Shown: in pieces, positions 8,099-16,289 of the stretch
How the letters are laid out: the number at the start of each line of letters is the position of its first letter
How positions within the stretch are numbered: position 1 is the stretch's first letter
DNA from: Pirellula sp.
GTDB lineage: Bacteria; Planctomycetota; Planctomycetia; Pirellulales; PNKZ01
Length of the DNA: 64,000 bases
Reading direction: 5' to 3'
Assembly (NCBI GenBank): GCA_013822735.1
Contig: PNKZ01000025.1
Location: 15,407 to 79,406, forward strand
Made by a program: the position numbers and the translations under genes
The notes under the pieces: generated by a model
Seen by the model: the letters and a program-made list of their open reading frames with translations, nothing else
What the model was told of the DNA's origin: nothing
Databases searched by the model: none

Positions 8099-8193
8099 AA
8101 TGCTGAATAGACGAATGCTGAATGCTGAATAGGGGACAAATATCTGTCTGCGGTTCAGCAGTCAGTCATTCGGCATTCAGCATTCTTCAGTCA
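8099..8193 (-). terminator. Long imperfect hairpin of TGAATGC words downstream of upp
   Basis: GAATGCTGAATGCTGAAT (8113-8130) pairs 17/18 with ATTCGGCATTCAGCATTC (8168-8185). It starts immediately after the upp stop at 8191-8193. No clear U-tract. Confidence 0.5.
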
Positions 8194-8847
8194 CTCGCTC
8201 CGGCCCGTATTAAACGTCCGATCGCCGGCGTCGCCGAGGCCGGGAATGATGAACTTGCGATCGTTTAAGGTCGGGTCGATGCAGCAGACGTAAATCTGCG
8301 CTTGTGGAAACTGATCGGTGATGGTCGTCACCCCTTCGCGCGACGCGATGATCGCCAGCAGCTTCACGTTCGGCACGCCCCACTCGCGCAAGGTCGAAAG
8401 CGCCGCCACGGCCGAACCGCCGGTCGCCAGCATCGGGTCGAGAATCAGCGCCGTGTCGACCGGCTCGGTCTGCGGAATCTTGCTGTAGTATTCCACCGGC
8501 TTGGCCGTGCGTTCGTCGCGATATACGCCGAGGTGCCACACTTCGGCGGCCGGAATCAGGTCGAGAATCGGGTCGACCATGCCGAGCCCGGCGCGGAGAA
8601 TCGGCACGAGCCCGATCGATTCGCGCAGGCGACGTCCGACGTGGTCGCAATTCGGCGTGCGAATCGACAGCGGTTCTTCGTGCAAGTCTTGCAGCGCTTC
8701 GTAGGCGAGGAGCGTCGCCAAACGCCGTACCAGCGAACGAAACTCTTCGGGCGAGGTGCGCTCGTCGCGCAGCCGCGTCAGGTGATGACGCACCAGCGGA
8801 TGATCGACCTCGACGACACCCGGCAAACGAGTCGCGGCCGCCTTCAT
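8191..8847 (-). CDS. upp: Uracil phosphoribosyltransferase
   Basis: VVEVDHPLVRHHLTRLRD..., VPILRAGLGM and ILDPMLATGGS...IIPGLGDAGDR follow the E. coli Upp pattern. ATG at 8847 gives 218 aa. Alternative in-frame ATG at 8892, and the ORF track extends to 9012. Confidence 0.9.
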   Translation of the reverse strand: MKAAATRLPGVVEVDHPLVRHHLTRLRDERTSPEEFRSLVRRLATLLAYEALQDLHEEPLSIRTPNCDHVGRRLRESIGLVPILRAGLGMVDPILDLIPAAEVWHLGVYRDERTAKPVEYYSKIPQTEPVDTALILDPMLATGGSAVAALSTLREWGVPNVKLLAIIASREGVTTITDQFPQAQIYVCCIDPTLNDRKFIIPGLGDAGDRTFNTGRSE

Positions 8848-9117
8848 TTTCTTGCCGACGTGAATCCGACGGATGGTTTTCTGTGCGGCCATGACCGGGC
8901 TCCGGGAAATGCGTCCTGAATTCGAGCGATCCAGCATAGCACCTGCCCGGGGCGCTGCAAAAATCCGGCGGGAAATTCCGACTTGGCGAACTGTAGCGAC
9001 GCCGGGGAGCACGGCGTCGCAAAGGGCGGTTAGCCGCGATGCGCAGCAGAGCGTAAATGCGGGAAACTCCCGGAGACGGTCACCGGGGCTAAATGGCGGT
9101 TGCCGGCTCTCCTTTCC

Positions 9118-9146
9118 CTAGCGCCTGCCGCCTAGCGCCGAGCGCC
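9118..9146. repeat. CTAGCGCC-word element (CTAGCGCCTGCCGCCTAGCGCCGAGCGCC)
   Basis: Read directly. A near-identical word string, CTAGCGCCTAGCGCCCGCCGCCTAGCGCCTAG, occurs at 23559..23590. Confidence 0.75.
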
Positions 9147-9304
9147 TTTCCCGGTGTTACACTGGCTTTCGGCAAGTTTTTTCGATTCTCCGGATAATTT
9201 CCGTGCCGTTTCGGGGTCGCTCCGACTCTATCTCGTCAGTACGGACGATGCCGAGTCTTTCGACCCCCTTTTGACCTGCGCCTTGGGACCAGTCGCTCTT
9301 CTCC

Positions 9305-10816
9305 ATGATGCACGAAGCCGCTACGAGTTGCCTGCCCGTCATCGATACGTCGTCGGGCGTTGCGCCCGCCGGCGCGGCGACCGACGAGCGGCTCCTCGCG
9401 CAGTTTCTGGCCGCGGCGAAGCTCGGCCGGCGCGACGATGCCTCCTTTGCGGAACTCGTCGCCCGTCATGGGCCGATGGTCTTGGGCGTATGTCGTCGCA
9501 CGCTCGGCAATCAGCAAGACGCTGAAGATGCGTTCCAAGCGTCGTTCTTGGTCTTGGCCCGCAAGGCGCGATCGTTGCGTACCGCACGTTCGCTCCCGGC
9601 GTGGCTCTACCAAACGGCCTACCGGATCGCCTTGCGAGCTCGCGCCGCGCGTGCCAAGCGGCGAGAAATGCCTCTGGAGAACGAAGCGATGATCGCGCCC
9701 GACACGCTCGCGCAGATTGCGCACGACTACGAGCAATCGTTGGTCGACGACGAACTAGATCGGCTGCCGGAGAAATATCGCCTGCCGGTGTTTCTCTGCT
9801 GCTTGGAAGGGAAGTCGCTCGACGAAGCGGCCGGCCAACTTGGCTGGTCGCTCGGCAGCGTGAAGGGACGGCTCGAACGGGGCCGGCAGGAACTACGACG
9901 ACGCTTAATGCTGCGGCGCGGTGCGCCGGCCGTGGCCGTGGCGCTCGTCGCCTGTTTGCCGAAGACGGCAAGTGCGGCTGTTGCCGTGCCTGCGTCGCTC
10001 GCGGCGTCGACCGTACAAGCCGGCGTCAGTTATGCCGCCGGCCATGGCACGCTTGGAATGGTTTCACAACACGCTCTATCACTTGCCGACGGGAGTACCC
10101 GCCTCATGTCCGCCGCCGCCACGAAATTCGCCGCTTGTTCCGCCCTCACGATCGGTCTCTTGGCTTGGGGAGGTTCGCATCTTCCCGCTCCGGCCCGCGC
10201 CGGCGGAGGAAGCGGCCCGAAGAACGTTATCGAATTGCAGACGAGCGTTCCGGCAACTCAAACCGCTGCGGGAGATCTTTCCGGAGTACAAATTGCTTTT
10301 GCCGGCGACGGCGATGCGCCGCGCACCGGACCGCGCGAAGGAGACCAACCTCGGACGGGCCCGCGCGAGGGCGATCAGCCACGCACCGGCGCAAGGGAAG
10401 GAGATGCTCCTCGCTCGTCTCTTGAAGGCGCCGCGCGTGAAGGGGCGCCGCGAGAAGGCGCTCGCGAGGGAGCTCGGGAAGGCGTATCGCGTGAAGGAGC
10501 CCGCGAAGGGCAGCAGCGCGATCCGCTGATGGGCTTCCAGCCCGCCAACCAGCGCGAAGCGGTGCTCTTGCAAATGATCATGCAACTCCGCGCCGAAGTA
10601 GCGCAGCTTCGCACGCAAGTGCAAGGCCGCTCGACCACCGGCGTCGGCATGCGCGACGGCGCTCGCGAAGGCGCGACCGGCACGGCAGACGGAGTACGCA
10701 AAGCGGGAGTTCGCGACGGCGAAGCAAACAAGGCCGGACTGCGTGACGGTGAAAAGCCGCGCACCGGCGTCCGCGACGGCGAAGGCGCCGTGAAGAAGAC
10801 CGAGCGCGATAACTAA
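9305..10816 (+). CDS. ECF sigma factor fused to hydrophobic (TM-like) segments and a long low-complexity REG/PRTG repeat tail
   Basis: 503 aa with ATG at 9305. Region 2 (DAEDAFQASFLVLARKA, PAWLYQTAYRIAL). Region 4 (LPEKYRLPVFLCCLEGKSLDEAAGQLGWSLGSVKGRLERGRQELRRRL). Then APAVAVALVACLP and FAACSALTIGLLAWGG hydrophobic stretches. Then PREGDQPRTG x2-3, (G/A)AREG x6, a heptad-like segment, and RDGE repeats. Confidence 0.8.
   Translation: MMHEAATSCLPVIDTSSGVAPAGAATDERLLAQFLAAAKLGRRDDASFAELVARHGPMVLGVCRRTLGNQQDAEDAFQASFLVLARKARSLRTARSLPAWLYQTAYRIALRARAARAKRREMPLENEAMIAPDTLAQIAHDYEQSLVDDELDRLPEKYRLPVFLCCLEGKSLDEAAGQLGWSLGSVKGRLERGRQELRRRLMLRRGAPAVAVALVACLPKTASAAVAVPASLAASTVQAGVSYAAGHGTLGMVSQHALSLADGSTRLMSAAATKFAACSALTIGLLAWGGSHLPAPARAGGGSGPKNVIELQTSVPATQTAAGDLSGVQIAFAGDGDAPRTGPREGDQPRTGPREGDQPRTGAREGDAPRSSLEGAAREGAPREGAREGAREGVSREGAREGQQRDPLMGFQPANQREAVLLQMIMQLRAEVAQLRTQVQGRSTTGVGMRDGAREGATGTADGVRKAGVRDGEANKAGLRDGEKPRTGVRDGEGAVKKTERDN
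10304..10790 (+). repeat. Coding tandem peptide repeats (PREGDQPRTG, AREG, xRDGE) in the sigma-factor tail
   Basis: Units at 10331-10360 and 10361-10390 encode identical decapeptides but differ at 7 synonymous third positions (gaa/gag, gga/ggc, gac/gat, caa/cag, cct/cca, cgg/cgc, acg/acc). Confidence 0.85.
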
Positions 10817-10942
10817 ACGCGTGTGAGTTGGCAACTGCGAGCGGCGGGGTTCATCCCCGCCGTCCAAAAAGATCGCGGTCCGTCAGACGGCGGGGGTAAA
10901 CCCCGCCGCTCGCGTCTTTCATTCCTCCACGGATCAGATTTC

Positions 10943-13339
10943 ATGCGTCCTGCTCTTGGAATCACCATCGTATGCGTCGGTGCGCTCGCGCTGCGGGCCT
11001 TCGCCGCCGAACCGCCGCCCAAAGGCAACGGCGCGCTCGATCCGAACGATCCGCTGCTCAAGGCACTCGAGCAAGTACAGCAGGAAGTCGACGCCCTGCG
11101 CCGCGAAAGCGGAGCAGGCATGGGAAGCCCGAAGTCGTACGGCGGCGGTATGGTCGCGCCAAGCATGCCCGCGCCAAACATGTCATCACCCGGCATGCCG
11201 CGCACCGTGACGAAGGGAACGCCGCGCGCCGCCCCGCTTTTTCCCGGCGGCGGGCCCGCGCCGCAAGGGCGCGAGATCGGCCCCGCCCCGCGCTCCATTG
11301 CGACTCCTCGTGCGCTGCCGCCCGCGACGCGAGAGACCACGCCGATCTGGTCGTTCCAGCCGCTCAAGGCTCCCGCCGTGCCACAGCCGACAGATACCGC
11401 GTGGCCGCGCGACGACGTCGATCGCTTCCTGCTCACACGTTTAGAAACGGCGAAAATCACGCCCAATCCCGAAGCGGACGCCGCGGCACTTTGCCGGCGC
11501 GTGACCTTCGACCTCACCGGCCTGCCGCCGACCGAGGAAGAGCTAGCGACATTTGTTCGCAGCTTTTCCCCCTCTCCCTCTCCCTCTCTCTCCGTCTCCC
11601 AGTCTGCGACGCGAGACGAGGAGACGAGGAGACTGGGAGAAAGGGAGAAGGCTTACGAAGCGCTGGTCGACCGCCTCCTCGCGTCCCCTCGCTTCGGTGA
11701 GCGTTGGGCCCGCCATTGGCTCGACGTCGTGCGCTATGCCGACAGCGTCGGCCGCTCCTGGAATGCGCCGTTCACGTACGCATGGCGCTATCGCGATTAC
11801 GTGATCGACGCCTACAACGCCGACACATCGCTGGAACAGTTCATTCTCCAGCAACTCGCCGGCGATCAACTTCCCGCGTCCGACCCCGCCGCGCGGCGCA
11901 CGAACCTCACCGCCACCGGCTTGCTGGCCTTAGGCACGGCCGAGCTCCGGCCCGAGTCGCACGAGCAGTTTCTGATGGACCGCGTGGACGACCAGATCGA
12001 CGTGACGACGCGCGGCTTCCTCGGCCTCACGATCAGTTGTGCTCGCTGCCACGATCACAAGTACGACCCGGTGACGACGCGCGACTATTACGCCCTGGCC
12101 GGCATTTTCTACAGCACCTACACCCTCACCGGTCAAGGATGGCAAGGCGACAGCGGGCCCGGCGGCTATGTCGATGCTTCACGGCTTGTGCGCTTGCCGG
12201 CGCTTTCGGGATCGGCCGCTTCGCTCTACACGCCCGGCAGCGAAGGGGAAGATGTTCACACGATGGGCGACTATCAGCGTTTGTGGAGCGGCGGGCTGCG
12301 CAACATTCGCTACGCCACCGATCCGAACGTGGCGATGGGCGTCACTGACGACGCGCCGCAAGACTGCCCTATTCGTGAAAAAGGAGAGCCGTACGCACGA
12401 GGCGAAGTGCCGCCGCGCGGCGACCTACGGATTCCGTCGCTCCCGCGCTTGCCGCCGATTCCGCCGAACTCGGCCGGCCGCTTACAACTGGCGCAGTGGA
12501 TTGCTTCGAAACAGAATCCGCTCACCGCGCGCGTCTACGTCAATCGCGTCTGGCGACATCTCTTCGGACGGGGCCTCGTGCGCACGGTCGACGACTTCGG
12601 CTCGACCGGCGAAGAACCGACGCATCCGGAATTGCTCGATCACTTGGCAGCGACCTTCACGGCCGACGGCGGCTCGACCAAACGCTTGATTCGCCGCTTG
12701 GTCCTCTCCAGCGCCTATCGCACGAGCAGCGCCGGCGATACGCCCAGCGGCGAGAACGATCCGGCCAACGAACTGCACGGCCGCGCGAGTTTGCGGCGCC
12801 TGGAATGGGAACCGCTTCGCGACGCCCTGCTCTCCGCGGCCGGAACGCTGGAACTCGAACGGCCGCAAATCGTGCCGGTCTCCGGCATCGGCGGCAAGGC
12901 CGGCCAATCGGCCGCCCGCAGCATCTTCGGGCTCGACGCGCCCTATCGCACCATCTATCTCCCGGTGATCCGCGGCGGGCTCGACGAGACGTACGGCACG
13001 TTCGACTTCCCCGACCCGGCGCAGATCAAAGGGGATCGCGAAACGACGACCGTCGCGCCGCAGGCGCTCTACTTTTTGAACGATGAGTTCGTCGTCGATT
13101 GCTGCCAAGCCGCGGCGGCTCGCCTGCTGGAAGCGCCCGGTCTCGACGACGTCGGCCGGGTGCGATTGGCGTACCTTCGCTTGCTGGGCCGCACGCCGAG
13201 TGCCGACGAGATTGCCGCCGTGCGCGATTTCGCGAGTTCTCTGCAGCCGGACGCCGCGGCCCGTGATGCGACCACCTACCGCTGGACGGCACTTGTGCAA
13301 GCGCTGGTCGCGAGCGCCGAATTCCGTTACCTCCGTTGA
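10943..13339 (+). CDS. DUF1549 (PSCyt2) + DUF1553 (PSD1) protein without the N-terminal cytochrome-c domain
   Basis: ATG at 10943 gives MRPALGITIVCVGALALRAFA, a signal peptide; the ORF track starts at 10823. Motifs: VTFDLTGLPPTEEEL, WLDVVRYADS, CARCHDHKYDP. The N-terminal ~190 aa are low-complexity with no early CxxCH. Confidence 0.9.
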   Translation: MRPALGITIVCVGALALRAFAAEPPPKGNGALDPNDPLLKALEQVQQEVDALRRESGAGMGSPKSYGGGMVAPSMPAPNMSSPGMPRTVTKGTPRAAPLFPGGGPAPQGREIGPAPRSIATPRALPPATRETTPIWSFQPLKAPAVPQPTDTAWPRDDVDRFLLTRLETAKITPNPEADAAALCRRVTFDLTGLPPTEEELATFVRSFSPSPSPSLSVSQSATRDEETRRLGEREKAYEALVDRLLASPRFGERWARHWLDVVRYADSVGRSWNAPFTYAWRYRDYVIDAYNADTSLEQFILQQLAGDQLPASDPAARRTNLTATGLLALGTAELRPESHEQFLMDRVDDQIDVTTRGFLGLTISCARCHDHKYDPVTTRDYYALAGIFYSTYTLTGQGWQGDSGPGGYVDASRLVRLPALSGSAASLYTPGSEGEDVHTMGDYQRLWSGGLRNIRYATDPNVAMGVTDDAPQDCPIREKGEPYARGEVPPRGDLRIPSLPRLPPIPPNSAGRLQLAQWIASKQNPLTARVYVNRVWRHLFGRGLVRTVDDFGSTGEEPTHPELLDHLAATFTADGGSTKRLIRRLVLSSAYRTSSAGDTPSGENDPANELHGRASLRRLEWEPLRDALLSAAGTLELERPQIVPVSGIGGKAGQSAARSIFGLDAPYRTIYLPVIRGGLDETYGTFDFPDPAQIKGDRETTTVAPQALYFLNDEFVVDCCQAAAARLLEAPGLDDVGRVRLAYLRLLGRTPSADEIAAVRDFASSLQPDAAARDATTYRWTALVQALVASAEFRYLR
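11564..11652 (+). repeat. In-frame hairpin-capable pyrimidine/purine element inside the PSD1 gene (encodes SFSPSPSPSLSVSQSATRDEETRRLGEREKA)
   Basis: TCTCCCAGTCT (11595-11605) is the perfect reverse complement of AGACTGGGAGA (11630-11640). Flanked by CCCTCTCCCTCTCCCTCTCTC and GAGAAAGGGAGAAGG. Homologous to 5141..5222. Confidence 0.75.
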
Positions 13340-13349
13340 GAATCACCCC

Positions 13350-14819
13350 ATGCTGCGACGCATTGTTTTGTCCCTGACGCTCTGTCTGGCCGCGCAGGCG
13401 TCGATATCGGCGTCGGCCGAGGCCGCCGATCCGGAGCTCGTCGCTCAAGCTCAGGCGACGATTGATAAAGCCGCGAAGTTCTATCGAGAACGCGTCGCGT
13501 CGCACGGCGGCTACGTCTACCACTACTCGCTCGACCTCTCGACGCATTGGGGGGAAGGGCTCGCGACGAAAGATGAAATCTGGGTGCAACCGCCGGGGAC
13601 ACCGACGGTCGGCTTGGCGTTTCTGGACGCGTACGACGCGACCGGCGACCAAGCGCACTTGGACGCGGCCCGAGCGGCCGGACGTGCGTTGATGTACGGG
13701 CAACTGAAGTCCGGCGGGTGGCAGAATCTTGTGGATTTTGACCCCCAGAGCAAACGGGTCGGGGATTATTTGCGCGGTAACGGAAGTAAGAAGGGAAGCA
13801 ACTTTTCAACCTTGGACGACGGCATTACGCAGAGCGCCTTGCGCTTTTTGATGCGCCTTGATCGGGCGCAGAAGTTCGCCGACACGGAACTGCACGCGGC
13901 CGTCGAAACGGCATTGGCCGCGCTCTTGGCCGCGCAGTTCGCCAATGGCGCGTTTCCCCAAGGTTGGACCGGGCCGGTAATTTCGCCCGATAGCCCGGCC
14001 AAGGCGAGCTTCCCCGATTACGACTGGCGCACCGAAGGGCGCGTCAAAAACTATTGGGACATGTACAACCTGAACGACGGCATCGCCGGCCAAGTGGCGG
14101 ATACGTTGCTCGTGGCCCATGCGGTGTACGGCGACGACAAGTACAAGGCCGCGGCGCTGAAGCTGGGCGACTTCTTGATCGCCGCGCAATTGCCCGCCCC
14201 GCAACCGGCGTGGGCACAGCAATACGATTACAACATGCGGCCGATTTGGGCCCGGAAGTTTGAACCGCCGGCTGTGACCGGTTGGGAATCGCAAGACGTG
14301 CTTGAAGTGCTGATGACGCTGTATGCCGTTTCACACGACGAGAAGTATCTGGCTCCGATTCCGGCGGCTCTCGCGTACTTGAAGAGTTCGCTGCTGCCTG
14401 ACGGCCGCGTGGCGCGGTACTACGAGCTGCAAACGAACAAACCGCTCTACATGAACCGCGAGGGCGAGAAGTATTCTCTGACGCACGACGACACGAACCT
14501 GCCCGACCATTACGGCTGGAAGCAGGAATCGCGGTTGGCGGAGATCGAAGCCGCGTATCAGACCGTGAAAAGTCCAACGATCGGCGTGGCGGGCGAAGTG
14601 TCGCTTGCGCCGTCGGCCGCCGATGAAATGAATCGTATTATCGCCGATCTCGACGCCGAAGGGCGTTGGGTTTCGACATACGCCGGCGAGCGCATGGTCG
14701 GCCAGGCGAAGTTCAAGCAGGGGGACAAGTATCTCTCTAGCGCCGTATTTAGCGACAACGTCACGACGCTGGCTCGCTATTTGCAAGCCGCAAAACAAAC
14801 CGCCGGAGCCGCGAAATGA
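13350..14819 (+). CDS. Pectate lyase family PL10-like (Pec_lyase, alpha/alpha toroid) secreted protein
   Basis: ATG at 13350 gives [25 protein letters not shown], a signal peptide; the ORF track starts at 13083. Motifs resemble the PelA/Pel-15E family: [79 protein letters not shown]. Confidence 0.7.
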   Translation: MLRRIVLSLTLCLAAQASISASAEAADPELVAQAQATIDKAAKFYRERVASHGGYVYHYSLDLSTHWGEGLATKDEIWVQPPGTPTVGLAFLDAYDATGDQAHLDAARAAGRALMYGQLKSGGWQNLVDFDPQSKRVGDYLRGNGSKKGSNFSTLDDGITQSALRFLMRLDRAQKFADTELHAAVETALAALLAAQFANGAFPQGWTGPVISPDSPAKASFPDYDWRTEGRVKNYWDMYNLNDGIAGQVADTLLVAHAVYGDDKYKAAALKLGDFLIAAQLPAPQPAWAQQYDYNMRPIWARKFEPPAVTGWESQDVLEVLMTLYAVSHDEKYLAPIPAALAYLKSSLLPDGRVARYYELQTNKPLYMNREGEKYSLTHDDTNLPDHYGWKQESRLAEIEAAYQTVKSPTIGVAGEVSLAPSAADEMNRIIADLDAEGRWVSTYAGERMVGQAKFKQGDKYLSSAVFSDNVTTLARYLQAAKQTAGAAK

Positions 14820-16228
14820 ACCGTTTTTCACGCCGCCTCTGTGCCGACACGCGGAGAATCGTCGATCGCCGCGGCTTCTTGCAAGATACGGCCGCCGGGT
14901 TCGGCTGGCTGGCGCTCTCGGCACTGGCCTCGAAATGGAGCGGCGCGAACAACGCTTCGGCCGCCGCGCCGGCGAGCAAGTACGTGAGCCCGACCGCGCC
15001 GAAGCCCCCGCACTTCGCGGCCCGAGCCAAGCGCGTGATCTTCCTTTTCATGGAAGGGGGCCCGTCGCATATCGACACCTTCGATTGGAAACCGGAACTC
15101 GCGAAGCTGGGCGCCGGCGGTAAGTCGCGGCCGCTCGCGCCGGTGTTCCCCTTCGCGCCGCACGGCAAGAGCGGGCTCATGCTCGCCGACGGGCTGTTTC
15201 CGCATTTGGCGAAACATGCCGACGAGCTGTGCCTGCTCAGCGGCATGACCACGAAGACGCCGTCGCACCATCAAGCGATCGTCTCGATGCACACCGGCAG
15301 CGAGAACTTTGTCCGGCCGTCGGTCGGGAGCTGGCTTACCTACGGTCTCGGTACCGAAAGCGAAGACCTGCCGGGCTTCATCACCATCGACCCGATCTCT
15401 CACAACGGCGGCGCGCAGAACTACGGCTCGTCGTTTCTGCCGGCCACGTTTCAAGGGACGCGGCTCTCCGGCGGCTCGCGCGGCGTGCCGAACATCGCCA
15501 ACCATCACCTAGCCGCCGGCGATCAACGTCGGCAGCTCGACTTCGTGCAGCAGATGAATCGCCGGATGCTCGCCACGGCGCCGGGCCATGCCGAGCTTGA
15601 AGGGGTGATCGAATCCTCCGAGCTCGCGTTCCGCATGCAAACTTCGGTGCCGCAAACCTTCGATACTTCCGACGAGCCGCAACATGTCCGCGACTTGTAC
15701 GGCCTCGAAGACGGGACGACCTCGCGCTTCGGCGAGAGTTGCCTCATGGCGCGCCGGCTCGTCGAGAAAGGGGTCCGGTTCATCCAACTCACCAGCGCCG
15801 GTTGGGACCATCACAACAACCTCCGCGCCGGCTTGCAAGGGCGCTGGGACTCGATCGATCGTCCGATCGCCGGCCTGATCACCGATCTGAAGCAGCGCGA
15901 CCTATTGAAGGATACGCTCATCGTCTGGGGCGGCGAGTTCGGGCGGACGACGGCCGACGACAAGGGAGACGGCGACGGACGCGGCCACCAATCGAAAGGA
16001 TTCACCATGTGGATGGCCGGCGGCGGCGTGAAAGGAGGCTACCAACACGGCGCAACCGACGAACTGGGGACCAATGCCGTCGAAGGCAAAATGAACATGC
16101 ACGATCTGCACGCCACGATCCTGCACCTCTTAGGCCTCGACCACGAGCGGCTCACCTACCGCTATGCCGGACGAGATTTCCGGTTGACGGAAACCGGCGG
16201 CGTGGTGACGAAGGAAATTCTGGCGTAG
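14816..16228 (+). CDS. DUF1501 domain protein, Tat signal
   Basis: 470 aa. The ATG at 14816 overlaps the upstream TGA (ATGA). Motifs: VDRRGFLQDTAAGFG, MEGGPSHIDTFDWKP, WDHHNN, GEFGRT, GRGHQ. Confidence 0.9.
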   Translation: MNRFSRRLCADTRRIVDRRGFLQDTAAGFGWLALSALASKWSGANNASAAAPASKYVSPTAPKPPHFAARAKRVIFLFMEGGPSHIDTFDWKPELAKLGAGGKSRPLAPVFPFAPHGKSGLMLADGLFPHLAKHADELCLLSGMTTKTPSHHQAIVSMHTGSENFVRPSVGSWLTYGLGTESEDLPGFITIDPISHNGGAQNYGSSFLPATFQGTRLSGGSRGVPNIANHHLAAGDQRRQLDFVQQMNRRMLATAPGHAELEGVIESSELAFRMQTSVPQTFDTSDEPQHVRDLYGLEDGTTSRFGESCLMARRLVEKGVRFIQLTSAGWDHHNNLRAGLQGRWDSIDRPIAGLITDLKQRDLLKDTLIVWGGEFGRTTADDKGDGDGRGHQSKGFTMWMAGGGVKGGYQHGATDELGTNAVEGKMNMHDLHATILHLLGLDHERLTYRYAGRDFRLTETGGVVTKEILA

Positions 16229-16281
16229 GGTGGGTCGAGCAAAGCGAGGCCCACGCGGGCGAGCTAATGGGTGCTTTGCTC
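16225..16281. repeat. REP-like element GTAGGGTGGGTCGAGCAAAGCGAGGCCCACGCGG plus local hairpin, between convergent genes
   Basis: The element overlaps the TAG stop at 16226-16228. GAGCAAAGC (16237-16245) pairs with GCTTTGCTC (16273-16281). Related copies at 27703..27735 and, as an inverted pair, at 46318..46401. Confidence 0.8.
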
Positions 16282-16289
16282 GTGAAGCA

